Assembly: GCA_910592345.1 (NCBI GenBank)
Contig: CAJVPI010000082.1
Coordinates: forward strand, 1 to 59,173
Source: Paraglomus brasilianum
Taxonomy: Eukaryota
Reading direction: 5' to 3'
DNA length: 59,173 nucleotides
Both the position numbers and the translations under genes were made by a program. Shown piece by piece: positions 27,918-41,238 of this stretch (position 1 is its first letter; every line of letters starts with the position of its first letter). The notes beneath the pieces are model-generated. The model had not been told where the DNA came from. It searched no databases and was given only the letters and a program-made list of their open reading frames with translations.

Positions 27918-29409
27918 AACAAATAAGAGTACTCGTTACAAATATACAAGTAAAGTTATTTGTAACCGCCTGATCTATCGAGTAAGAATATATGTATGTG
28001 CTGTTTTTGTCTTTTTTGCTTTTTGTCTTTTGGTTATTTGGTGATATCAGAGTTCTTTTATATTGAGAAAAAAAAATAATCAAGGTTAAATTCTGACAAG
28101 TTCAAAGCGAGTTATGTCTATGGGTCTATTTTGATCGATTCACGCTGGACAAGAAGAAGAAGAAAAAGTGAGTCAGTGTGAAAGATAAAAGAAAGCATGC
28201 AATATAAACAATATATGCAATATAAACAATATATGCAATATATGACGCAAGCATACGGGTATTCCGATGCGAATGATGTTCCAGGTTGTTTGAATTGATA
28301 TCGCCGTGATATAATGGATACGCGAGATAGGAGAAGAGAGAAAAAGGGAGAAAAGTATAAAAGTGAGTATTTGTGTATGACGCGGCATTTGTTTGTTGCG
28401 CGTTCCGGTTGATACGAGTTGTTGTTTACTTGTAGTAAAACGCGCCCGTGTTGTCGACATGAATCTCTAAACATTATTCCACTGGCAAACTGTAAACACC
28501 ATTTAAACCACTGTTTTCGAGCGACAATTTTCAAACGGCCGCTCATTAGGGTCTCATGGCACTTGTTCCAGTCGCTGAATAGTGTTGGTTCCGACTTGTT
28601 TGCCAAGCTTCTTACCTGGTATATCGATATAACCCTCTCCACATTCACCACACTGCGGTTCGTAAGATGCAAGTGTAGGAGAGTGTAATTAGTAGCGGGG
28701 GGGGGGAGTGGTCGTGGTAGGGGTGGGGGGGTGATGGAGGGAGGAGGAGTCGAACAAGGGAGGGAAGGTGAAAGGTGTATAAGAGGTGTAAAGGTACAAA
28801 TCGGGGGGAAGAAGAGGGTAAAAGGAGAAGAGGGTGAGAGGGCAAGTTCGAAATGAATCTAATAATAAATACAAACTAGCGGGCAAAAAAAAAATTAATA
28901 ATAATTTAGGTAATAATAATACAGTGCGTATAATTAATACACTACAATCTACAATATATTGTTTCATGTATTTGAATTTATTAGTATTTTTATTGTGTAA
29001 TTTGGCTGCAGAAGTATTGTAAATTATTTATACGGTCTGATCGCTTTTTTTCTCTTTTTTGTTTTGTTTTGATTTTTATTTTTTTATTTATTTACTATTA
29101 TCATTATAATTATTATTCATTATCATTATTATTTCATTGTTATTATTTATCATGTTCTTTTATTTTTTATACTCTGGGTTTTCATGAATTGTCGCTGTTG
29201 TATTGCATTTCGATGGCGTATTTTGATTAATGAAGACAAACATATTGAGGAGTGCATCTGCGTTGCATCGCAATACATAAAAAATAAAAATATCGACAGC
29301 TGATAAAGCACAATGAAATGACTAATATGTGGAGGTGAACAATACTACCAACGCATATACGTTGTCCTTGTTGATATGGATATGGATGTTGTTATACTAC
29401 AGAACAAAG

Positions 29410-29600
29410 ACTATACAGTAACAGCAACAGAAACGGCAACAGAAGCAGCAACAGAAACGGCAACAGAAGCAGCACAGAAACAGCAACAGAAGCAGCACAG
29501 AAACGGCACAGAAGCAGCAACAGAAGCAGCAACAGCAACCGAAACAGGCATCCAAATAGCAGCCAAAATAGCAACCGAAACAGCAACAGCGCAAGGCAGT
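29410..29600. repeat. Degenerate 12-bp tandem repeat (CAGAAGCAGCAA / CAGAAACGGCAA)
   Basis: Read directly; it produces low-complexity ORFs in several frames. Confidence 0.8.
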
Positions 29601-30829
29601 AACAGCATTGCATTATTATTGTTACCACCCTGGTTGTTATCCTCGTTGTTACTTACCATACCATCGTTGTTATCGTTCCTGTACCCTCGTTGTTATCATC
29701 ATCACTGTTACCATTACTGTACCCTCGTTGTTATCGCCACCTTTGCCATCGTTGATATTGTTGCCAATTTCTCATTGTGTGAATGGGTCCACTTAATCCG
29801 TTTAATCCGTTTAACCGTTTAATCAGTGCATTTAGCTTTAATAAATGCATTGATAGCAAACACGCCAGCAACTATATAAATGCAATCAATTATAATCACC
29901 AATCACATCGGACATGGCTTTTTTGTTGTGTTTGTTGATACTCGATGGGAGATGATTATTTTGATATTGGACGACATTCCTTTAAAAATCCTAGAACTAA
30001 TCATAAAAGCCCTATCTACGTCTACAAATCTATCGCTGCTTTATAGTCCGAGTTGCGATATCTGCATTCTTGTAATTTTTGTCTATTCTCCTAGATCGCT
30101 CTCATTCAGGCTCACTGCTGAATCACACGTATAATAAATAAACTTTAAAAAAACTGTACTATGTAATATGTATTATGATTAATTCACGTGACATACTGTG
30201 GGGAATGTATGTAATACGGAAATCATATCAATTCAAGATGGTAGGTAATACAGAGTCACCTGCATTGTTTACTCCACAACGTTACACTAGAAGTGGAGAG
30301 GGGGAGATGAGTGGGTGGGTGCGAGTGAGTGGAGTGGAGAATATGTGGAATATGTGACTAGTATAAACATATAAATGGGCGAGGTATTGGTGATATAAAT
30401 ATTATATTGTTTATTTATTTACACATCCACACCACACCAAACCATTGCTTCCAAACTATTACTTACATATCGATTTTCTTCTCTCATCAATTGTACAAGA
30501 TTTTGTGCTCCACACGGCAAGCTCATCATATTCAACTGCTTATCCGCTCACATAATCAAAGACCCCAAAAGACTACACCATATTCAACCATATTTTACAA
30601 ACACTTGATGTCGCTCTTTTACTTTTACACTGTTAATACTAATGGTAATAGTGTCGATTATAAAATTACTCGTGCAAGTATAAATATTTGAGTACTCGCA
30701 AAAGCATAAAATTCTATTGCACGACCATCTAAATATAGCTAATACATTCAAATCATAGTCATCTGACTAAAGACTGTATACGGTTTTATGTAGTTTTATG
30801 TAGTGTATAGTATAATGAGTATATAGTGG

Positions 30830-31210
30830 TATAGTGGGTATATAGTGTAATGGTATGTGTATGTTGGTGTGATGGTATGTATAGTATGTGTAGTGGTATG
30901 TATAGTATGTGTAGTGGTATGTGTAGTGGTATGTGTAGTGGATGTATAGTGGTATGTGTAGTGGTATGTGTAGTGGATGTATAGTATGTATATAATCGAT
31001 ATATTATGTATTATACATTATACATACCTTACACTATACATTATACATACCTTACATTACATGTATATATATTATCACTACATTGTAATTGTAATACACT
31101 ACATCTTCGTATTATACTTTTATACATTGCACTACATTCACACTTACACTTACATTTACACTTACATTTACACTACATTTACATTACATTTACACTACAT
31201 TAAACACTAC
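30830..31210. repeat. (GTATGTGTAGTG)n tract followed by a (TACAT/CAC)n tract
   Basis: 12-bp units at 30875-30985, then TATACATACCTTACA and TACACTTACAT units at 31010-31210. Confidence 0.8.
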
Positions 31211-31901
31211 ATCATGTATGATCATCCTTTACGCCCCCATTTTATCCTATCTTTTATCTCTTTTGTTCTTCATATCTCATCTTTCTGCATTTGCTTGTTT
31301 GGTCAATTGGGTTCGGCGCTAAGGTCAAACCTACACTCAAACCACCCACATCCGCCCCCACTAAAAGACCAATCCCCATTAACCCAAACAAATAGACATG
31401 TAGGGAGAATGGGATCTCATTATTGATATGCATTTCCCCCATATTAATCTATTTCCCTCCCACTCGACCTCCCCAATCCAATCTATAAACATTCTATTTT
31501 CCGTATATCTATGAAAATTTTTTTTACTGTAATACCCAAAGACTTTTATAGACATCAATACCCTGGTCACGTGAATCACATCTACATTATTTCAGCAAAC
31601 AAGGAGAAACAAAAGAGCGGCCAAAAAAGAAACTGCTTTGGACAAAACAAAAACCCAAGTAACAAAAAAATTTAATTTCCCAATGGTCATCAATATAGAA
31701 ATTATCCAATACCGATTGTCGTTCCAAAGGTAACTTCATTCAAATCTATCGTTGCACAACTATTATACCAACATTCTCTCGACGAAATGAGGTTCTGTCA
31801 ACGACAATTAGACTTTCCAAATTGACAACATCCAAGAACGCTCGCTCATCGTTATATATATATGCGCCTTTCTCACCAAGGATGCCTTTTTCATATCCAA
31901 C

Positions 31902-32840
31902 ATGGCCTTTACTTCTCTCTCCAACCTTTTGTTTCTCTCGACCATCGTCTTGTCTCTGTCGGCGTCCATCCACGCTTCATACGTATTCACTTTCCCACCC
32001 GTAGGACAGACCTTATCTCTGGGCCAATCATACAACGTTACATGGGAAACCCAAGTGGATGACATCCCGATAGAGCCTCTGGTCGATGTCTTGCTATCAC
32101 ATGGAGAACCTGGAAATCTCACGATAGACTATGCTATCTGCACAAACGTACCTAGTTCGAGCCAATGTAAGTAGAGTACACGTGTTAAAGCGAGTGTTGG
32201 AATCAATTGAAATATTATATACCGTTGCTTGACAATTCTACTGCTATTTGCTTTTCAGCGTGTTTCTACACTCCGTCGGCAGACAGTCCGAGCGGACAAG
32301 ACTATGCGTTCATTGTTGGCAAAGCTCAACCGTCTTACGCCTATAGCAACTATTGTAAGTAAAATCCCGCATTACATTAGTGGGTGGCTCTACGATACTG
32401 ACACTTTGATCTCTAATCCATTTTATCTAGTTGCTCTAAATTCCACTGGTCCGCTTCCGGATAACATTGGCTGTCCAGCCATGGGTGGACACAACTGCAC
32501 CGAGAGCCTGCCGTGTTGTAGCTCAAATGGATACTGTGGATCGAGTGTGGATTACTGCGGAGTTGGGTGTCTTCCACAGTTTAGCTTTAACGGCGTTTGT
32601 CTTGCTCCAAGCCCTTCTCCAAGCTCTTCAACTCCAGGTGCTTCTCCGACCACTTCAAGCACTCCTCCTCCAGATGCTTCAAGCACTCCTCCTCCAGATG
32701 CTTCAAGCCCTTCAAGTCCCCCACCCACTTCAAGCACTCCTCCTCCAGATGCTTCAAGCCCTTCAAGTCCCCCACCCACTCCACCTGCCAATCCGAATGC
32801 TCGCTTTGTCAAAAAAGCATTTCGTTTTAAGAGGAATTGA
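31902..32840 (+). CDS. Secreted protein: signal peptide + Kre9/Knh1-like Ig domain + hevein-type chitin-binding domain (CBM18) + Pro/Ser/Thr tail
   Basis: Exons 31902-32166, 32259-32354, 32431-32840. Hydrophobic N-terminus ending SIHA. FTFPPVGQTLSLGQSYNVTW...YAYSNYFAL fits the Kre9-N/PF10342 pattern. CPAMGGHNC...CCSSNGYCGSSVDYCGVGC...C is a hevein signature. PPPDASS repeats follow. Confidence 0.85.
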
Positions 32841-34141
32841 TAGTGATTAAGGCTGGCGGCAGTTTAATACTATTCCTATCAATATATTATAATATTATGT
32901 ACCCATCGCATATCAATATCCAATAAAGCTCGATCATTTAATAATCGTCATTCTTATTAAAGAAATTCTTTCTTTGAAAAAATTCTCTTAAAGCTGCATC
33001 TCTCATATTTCGTACCACGCGAATTTCTATATGCGAATTGTCTCATGTGAATATCGTTGTACAATAAATATTTTTCTGAATCAAAAGTCAGATGCAAGCC
33101 CGCAAGCAAAGTCGAAATAATGCCACGAACCATCGAATAATAAAAGCAACGCTATGCATGCATGCTTTTGGATGTTATAACTTATGTGACGTGGCTATGT
33201 TATTAACCCTATGTGTCTTATGTGCTGCTATCGCGATCTTGTGTTTATATCGCGCGATCCAACTTTGCACGTTGAAAAGAGGGAAAAAACGGGTTTTCTT
33301 TTTCTTTTTCATTAAAAGGGGTATAAAAAGTGCCAATTGTATCCCAATTATACGTAGGTTTAATCTAGAAGTGCCAAAAATAGTCGACCTCATTAAATAT
33401 TGTAGCACAAACCATCATTACATAGAATGGTATAATTCCAAACAAGTTGGTGAACATATATATTAGGCATAATGCAATATGAACAATTGCCACTGTTTTT
33501 TCAGTGTAACAACCTTGCTCGTCAACTTGGCCAACTTGGTGTCTATCTATCATTCTATATCCTATTCCATCATCTTTATCGTCTTGGAGAAATATCGCAC
33601 AACATTGCCTTCACTGCCAATGTAAGAGAATGTTCTCAAGCTAGCCAAATTTATCCAATAAGCTTTGCACATTAATTGTTTGTTTATTATTGCTATACTT
33701 TTAATGGAAAAGAAATTTTACATTTCCTTATTGTGATAAAAATTTAGAAAAGTTGTAAATATCTGTTATTTCCGACTAAATTGTTAATAGTCCCCAGTAT
33801 GGTCTTTTCAATCATGGCATTATTCCCCTTGTCATACATTCAGGAAAACACCATAATTGTCATCTTCCAAATAGCATCATATTACCATCTTATCTGGTTA
33901 CCAAGTTTCAAATGACATCAGAATGTAAACAACGCTATCAAACGAGTCACACATCAGTAATGCTGACTTTAGTGTTGCAGGCTACATTTTTACACTTGGC
34001 CTAACCACTACTGGCTATACAACCTGCTTGTAATTAACAGCAAATTTCCCTCATAGAATCGAGAAGTGGTACGACCGTAGTTGCAGCCCGCAGATTATCA
34101 GAGTAAAAGAAAGTCATATAAATCATTCATGATGATACAAA

Positions 34142-34363
34142 GGGGGAGGTGGAGTGCGCCAAATATTTGCTTACTGTAGCATGTGTGTAACCCCCAAAGA
34201 TTTTCTCCGGCGGTATCTTTCGGTGCCACTAGAAAATCTAAACGAATCAATTTATTTTAGCATATCTCATATGAAAATAAACCTGGTTTTAACCAATAAA
34301 ATCGTTTTTCTTTTGCGCCAAACTTTCGGCATTGGAGTACTTTCCGCCCCCCCACCTCCCCCC
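34142..34363. mobile_element. ~220-bp MITE candidate with G-rich TIRs
   Basis: Left GGGGGAGGTGG (34142); right CCACCTCCCCC (34352-34362). TGCGCCAAA occurs near both ends. Confidence 0.45.
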
Positions 34364-37300
34364 ACCCTTAGAACACTTGGTATGCATAGAATGGTCTTGT
34401 GATTAGGGTGATCTTGTTCTCCATGTAAGATGTTGCATTATCGATCAATATTTTCTAACAAAGAGATTCACAGTAGGAAAGAGGAACAAGCAAAGATGGA
34501 AGCATCATATAATGGCATTGTAACTTTTCTAACTTATACAAACCGCAAGCAAGCGAGCTAAACATGTCCACCGTAAGTATTAGCTGGCAGTAGAATTAAT
34601 TACGTTTTGTTGATGGCATTGAGCAGCCCACACAAAAATGTCACTCACGCGGTTTACGCGTATGTGAACAAAACACAAGCAAGTAAATTGCGCGGCAAAA
34701 TTAGGTTTGGGGCTCCAACTTGAGAAACAAGATAAATGATAACAGTAAACAAAGGGTATATACATTTTTGTTCTAAAAAATAAAACCGTAAATCAAGCAT
34801 CATGCAAGATAATCTATCAATCAGTGCGTGTGGAGAATTTCGTAATATTAATTATTACCATTTCTATATATATATATTCAACAGTAATTTAGATGTTCTT
34901 CTGCACATGATAATCTTGACCGCAATAGACCGCGTATTCTGCAAAGACCGAACAATTCATCGTTCTGCTCCCGTTTGTTTATTCTTTTACCAAGACAGCT
35001 CTTGGGGTAAACAAGTCTTATGACTTAAGGCTTTACAGTGTGGGTAACACTACATGTCAACAGCTTGTCTATGCTATTAGTGATTTGCTGTGCTGTTAAT
35101 ATTTACTTTCAGTGCATACATCCCACAATCAATGCATGAAATTGATAGATACTGCAAGTAAGACAAGACACTTTTGGTATAATAGTAGACCCCTGTTAAT
35201 ACTACTAGTGTCATCTCGTCAACGCGATTTTGAAGAAGACCAAAATTTCTCGCGGCACCAAAAGCGAGGCACGTTGGTTGTATGAGAAAATTATTAATTC
35301 GATTAATCGAATAAACGCATTGTTGACATACATTCATATGCACGTAATGTTGCTGTTCATACTGCTCGCGCTACCCATATCTCCATTTCTCTTCTCGTGC
35401 AATGATTGCATGTTGAATATCGAGATTGTGACTCAGTTGGGTCATGAGGGATGTATCATTACGATTGAGAATACCGTCATTCACGCTTCCCTGGACTACG
35501 GTAGTCAATGTACGAATTAGTTTAAAGGGCACTCGGTCTATCCGATTAGATAAACTCGCGTAATCTCCTAAAGGAAACTAGATCCTTTCTGGCAAACCAA
35601 GGTTTAGTCAGCAGGACCTTCCTCTCCTGTAAACAAACAATTAATACAGCAACAGCCATGCATACATCAATATAATATTGATGTCTAATTAATACCGCAG
35701 AATAAAAACGCGTTTATTATGCTCAATGGATGATTGTTAAAATTTTGTTAGAGCTTGGGATACTTTAAACAAACAGTATATTAATATTTAAAGGAGAGAC
35801 TTTATAGAAACCCGGATTTTTTTAGGACTGTAAATGCCCATGTGTTTTTTTTTTAGAGTGCCGTAGTTTGCAATTCATGAATTGTAACCGTCTAGTGCGG
35901 TTAATTCAAATTAAAGACAGACTTAAACAATATTTGACACCCTATGAAGACGATTAAAATCTTTTAACTTCGACTCTGAGAATGTGAAAATAGCAGGGCT
36001 CAAACAAGCCGAATAAAGTATTGGTAAGTAGCGGTCATGTGTTATCATAGTTTATACACAATGTAATACAGTAGTTCGTTTGTTTAGGAGCCCATACATT
36101 AGTTGACAGCCTGATTCATTCCTCCTTACGAGAGAAAGGTGGTCGTAAACTATACAGCAAAATCCACTTTAACGAAAATCCGCAGAATTGCTTCGATAAT
36201 CGTGATTCCGTCAACTCTGACTATACCGGCTGCACCAAAAAATTCCATATTAGTGTTGTTCGTGGTTTTTTGACCTGGGCGTTTCTTTATCTTTAGTGTG
36301 AGAACGTTTTAAAAGTTGATTCCATCATCTTTGACATTATTTGGCGGTAACACTGATAGAAAGCAAGCATATAATAGAAGAAAATAATATAGCAAAAGAA
36401 ATGTTTTTATAGAAAGAAGACACAGCGATAGTGGAAGCTTAAATGATGTCGTTATACAAATAAATTCGCTCAGGTGAATGGCTTTATAATGCATGACTTT
36501 ATTGAAGACTTCATATAGCACTTTATTATAATCTTTGTTTATTCTATTAAGAGCGAACTGGTTTCGTGAATATAAGCCATTTAGTACTGGTGTATTACCA
36601 AATTCTTTTACATCGTGACTTTATTTAACTGATAAGAGTATACGCAATCGGATGTCGCTGTTTGTAGCTCTTTTAACGATAACTCTGATATTAATATCAA
36701 CTGAAAAGCGAGTGTGTTGTTGGAATGTAATTAAAACTCTAAATTCCTATGCGTGTGGCTTGTTAAACTACTGCTAAACGTTCCGCATCAACGCATTAGC
36801 GCATCAACTACCAAACCGCATTGCACAACCAGTGTAGTCACTACTCTAAATCAATTCAATCAATCAATGCCAACGTATATATTAGAAACAGTAGAAAGGT
36901 ATATAAGCAGAGGCAGTTTCGCTGGCTAACATTATCTTCGCCCATCTTCAGCAATGTTTATCTTTATCTTATAGTTCTGGAATCTAACATTCCTTCAACA
37001 CTTGTAGCTTATGATTCATATAATAAACAATATACATATTGGACATTAATTATCCCTGGCCACTTCATATTCAGCGATTCCGACGGCGGGTTCCGGAATC
37101 ACTAGGTAGAATTGATCTTGCCCATAAATTTATTGGCACCAATATGCGCGTATATTTTGGTGTAATACAATTCCCCATTGAACTAGCGGACCGAAAGAAC
37201 GTCTGCAGAGTTATTGACAATCGAGAACCTGCGTTATGCCGATCGATTAACCGTTCGTATATAATAAGGCCACTAACCGTATTAGAGATTAGCCAAGCCT

Positions 37301-37559
37301 CGATTGAAAGAGCTAAATCCCAAGGCCAATTACTGATAGCCATTGGATATGTTTTAAAATAAAACTTTTATTGCCTAATTACAGATAAGTGCTATGATAA
37401 GTATAAACAGCGTATTTAATTAGAAGTGGATAAATCTTTGAATAAACTCGTCTAAGCTATGAGATTACAAGTCTTGAGTCATTGATTTATAAGATAATGA
37501 GGTTTATGTTAATATCATAGATTGACTTTATTTACACCAACACGTAACCTTCAAATCAT

Positions 37560-38630
37560 AATTATTTCCACATCCTCAGTAGGTAACAACTTGCTAGAGT
37601 ATTTACTCTCCTTCTTGAGACGCGATAAGGGTTTTACATCATTATGATAGATGGTATTACATACGTTGTTGTTATAACTAATATTTATAACTCTTAAGAT
37701 AATGGCGGGGTGTTTTTATTATAAAAATTTAATATTCAGTGTGCCCTCCTTCTGCCTCAATGCAGGCTTGAATGCGATCTGGTATACTGGTAATACATAT
37801 AAGAACTACCTCATCAGAGATATTCTAAAGCAGCTTGTGATATTCTCAATTGGGTTGAGATCTGGACTACATGCCAAGACAAAACACGATCATCTTTTGG
37901 GGATCATTGTCCTGCTGGAAAATCCTGCGTTGATTTAGTTGCATTATCATACAAATTCATTTGTTTATATAAATGTCGGTCCACGTGCACAAATTGCTCC
38001 CACAAATGGAGTAGTTCCGGCCGGATGCTCATCACATAATAATAATACGTTATACCAAGTCAATAATTATCCACATAATTCAATACACATGATGCATAAT
38101 TAATAAACCTTGTCATAGTATAAATCATCCGGCTTACGTTATCTCGAGTGGAATAAGTATGCATAAATAAGATCGAATACAATCAACCGGGATCTATTCT
38201 AAGTAGGCATCGTTTTGTTTGTAATTGATAAACTCGTCGAGTTGCTAGTCCATCCATTGGATAATTGTTTATGTCCACAAACACACCACACACGGGACCA
38301 TTCTATGCAGGGCAGAATCCATATCGAGAATAACTATGGTAAAGCTTCTACCATCATTCTCGGTAAAACCAATTATGAGTTCGTTACGATGCTCGAGCCA
38401 TTTTGCATATCGTCTAAATTTACTGATGTTGGAAGTGAGTATATCACAAGCGTTGGTCTACGTGCTTCGCCTTCACTACTTCCAATCCATAGCAGCATTA
38501 TCAGCGTTTCCTTCGCTTGATCATAAGACGATTTCTGTTTGCGAACAGCGTAGTAGACGTTGTCAATCTGACTTGACTTATGTCGGTAATTTCTGAGTAA
38601 TTAAAGTTGGCGATCAAGTCTATGACATAA
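37560..38630 (-). pseudogene. Heavily deleted pseudogene of the multi-module kinase family (closest to copy 3)
   Basis: The minus strand yields fragments KFRRYAKWLEHRNELIIGFTEND, YSRYGFC, PVWCVCGHKQLSNGWTS, LDEFI, DAYLE*IP, DLYYDK|gt and LCDEHP, and at ~37600 IYHNDVKPLSRLKKESKYSSKLLP. It has frameshifts and stops, and the kinase core is missing. Confidence 0.85.
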
Positions 38631-39909
38631 TTGATGAATAAATTATTATTTTCAAGTAACAATTCCATCATTTCAATAATTATTATACTGCGTAAGTGTT
38701 CAGTTCGTTCTACGCATTGTTAGATACATTCGGCAATTACAAAACAAAAAGTTACGGGTCGCAGTATACAACTTTGTAGTACGTAAACCTGGATATGCTT
38801 ACAGTCTGTGGACAAACTTTAATGCTTTCATTGCTACCAGCACTAATCGGTTATTCATTCATCTCTACGTCACACCTCTTGACACGATGGCCCCCATTAT
38901 TAACAAAGAAATGTGGTTTTATTATACTTGAAGCAGTGTCAGTATTCTTCGAAGAGGGATTCTATTATTGGGTGCGGACCTTAACGTTAACTGAAAGTAC
39001 ATGGGATGAAGATAACAGTCTCCCACGCATACATCAAGCAATTATCGAATACAAAAACATAAATGACGCGTACGTTATCTTGTCACATTGTGTGATACGT
39101 TACCAAAAAGTTGCTTAGTATTAGGAAACTCACGTCATCATACTCACCCGCGAATTAGCATTAGACGCAACCATCTCGTTTATCTTCTCTTTTCCTTGCA
39201 TAGACTACGCTGTGTTTTACCAATTGACTAAATAGGCATCATCCATATTTATATCATGATGGTGGAGATTTTTCCAAGCATTTCAACAAAGAGTTTTTGA
39301 GAAAGGACGTTGAAAAATAATGTATCTGGTATAAGATATCAGCTGGATCGTGGAGTAGCAATGCAGGTAGTTTTTTATGAGCAGTCGTTGAGACCGAATA
39401 CGGGTGTTGAGAATTTAAACACAGAAACCGCGCTGTCGATTCTCCTTGGCGTTGGCCAATTGTTGCATCAGTTATATCAGTCGCTGTATCAGTTGCTATA
39501 TCAATGACTTTATTACTCTTCTTTCTCATCAATTTCTATAGATTTGTTTCAATACATTTTAATCCCTATCTCTCTCAGTAAATGTCTACAGCTTGACTTC
39601 TGTCGTCATCTATAAGTCCTAATATTTTGCACGTCTTTCTTCTCTGCATCCTTCTTGAAGATGTATTCATGTTTGCGAATGGGTTGCATTGACAAAGACG
39701 AAACGAGAAAGATTGGTTGCAGAGCGTTTTAACTACTATGACATCACCCGTTAATAAAAAATCACACGCATCATCCTGCCAACGGAATGGATAATAAAAT
39801 AATAAAACATTCAATAAAATAACCAATTTAAAAACTAATAACAACAAAATTACAATTATTTCAATACCTTTTAAATGTTAGTAATATGACAATATTAGCC
39901 TTCAAACGT

Positions 39910-41238
39910 TTACTCAATATTAACATCATTAGAATCAAATCTTGCAAGTCGTTTTTTTCTAAGTTCTTCAAGTGTTGAAGGCGGTGTGGTTGCTGTTGGT
40001 TGGCTGTTGCTGTCAACTCGACTTGAACTTGAACTGGATGACTCTTGTTGTCCATCATTTGTCTCACTTAGTGACAAAAGACTTGCTGCAATAGCAGCTT
40101 GCAGCATTTCCTCATCAGTGTCCGCGCTCTTTTTATTTTCTTTGTGTTCGTTAGCTTCCGGATGGGAGATTGCATAGTCATCAGCTTGACATGAAGGAAA
40201 TATTCCCTTCACAACAAATATGCTGTATCCTGTTTATGATTGATTAATCGGTTAGCATCTTAATACTTACATTTTCATTCTTCCCGCATCTATACTTACC
40301 ATCATTCTTTAGTTGGGTCAATAGCATTCCTAAATAAGTTTGACTAATCCATTCCGGGCCTTTTAGTACAGAGTCTAAATTATACCATCGCAGAGGACTA
40401 TTACCAAACTTCCTCAAAGTGAACCTGTTATGAACATGAAAAGACGGTTTAAAAAGATAGAAGCGGGATTCCAGTTTGCAATGGGTTGCTGCTCTCTACC
40501 AGTGTTCGTGTAGATTACATATGTACGCCATTTCATTCCTTTGAAATTAAGTGTAATGAAGAAATGATTAATATTAGGATATCCGTATGCTCGATTTAGA
40601 TATTTTGTGACAGACTCTTACTCTGGATGAATACGTGCATCGACGCAGTCTTCTGAACCATATGGAATTATATCTAAAAAAGGTTGAACGCAAGAATTAG
40701 CACAAAGCAAGTCAAGTACATTGATGCCGGATACCCTTACCAACGTTCCATAGTTTCAGTGCATTGACGAGTACCTGGGTTGTCGAAGAGTTTAACACTT
40801 ATATTGACAATGATTATTATGTAATTGAAACGATATGCATACCTGAACTGAAAAGAATCCGGTATCGTCCATATTCTGACTCTTTTTTGCTTCACTTCCT
40901 TCATTGTCCTCGTCTGTATTATCCAAAGCAGCCGATTCTGCTTCATCAAGTTCTCGAGCAATATCGCTCAGATCAACAGCTGTGAAATATTCGCCTGAGA
41001 CGAAAAGTGTTTGTCTCGAGTGAGAGATTGATGGGGTATCAAGTTTCCGTGATGATAAATATGAATGGGTATAGTACCTTGAAGAAGTGCGTTGAGACAA
41101 TGCTGCGCACATAAGTAACCTTCTTGCTTTGATCAATGAAGTGTATTAATGTCAGCATGTAGTCGTTTCAGTATAAGTGTATGGGTGTTCTGGCTGTTTT
41201 ACCTTTTCCCATACAAGATAAGGCAGAAGGTCAGACAT
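39910..41238 (-). CDS. ATXN3: Josephin-domain deubiquitinase, ataxin-3-like, with a UIM and a C-terminal p97/VCP-binding-like motif
   Basis: Spliced MSDLLPYLVWEK|QEGYLCAQHCLNALLQ|GEYFTAVDL...NMDDTGFFSVQ...NLHEHW|FTLRKF...WYNLDS...GYSIFVVKG. UIM DEEMLQAAIAASL; tail LEELRKKRLARF. Confidence 0.92.

Noticed and set aside
29376..29822. TETA-repeat and Cys-rich ORFs
   Set aside because: They arise from a 12-bp tandem repeat that is open in many frames, with no domain or splice support.
34400..37500. Assorted 60-107 aa ORFs in the gene-poor stretch
   Set aside because: No recognisable motifs or consistent exon structure; I cannot support them as genes.
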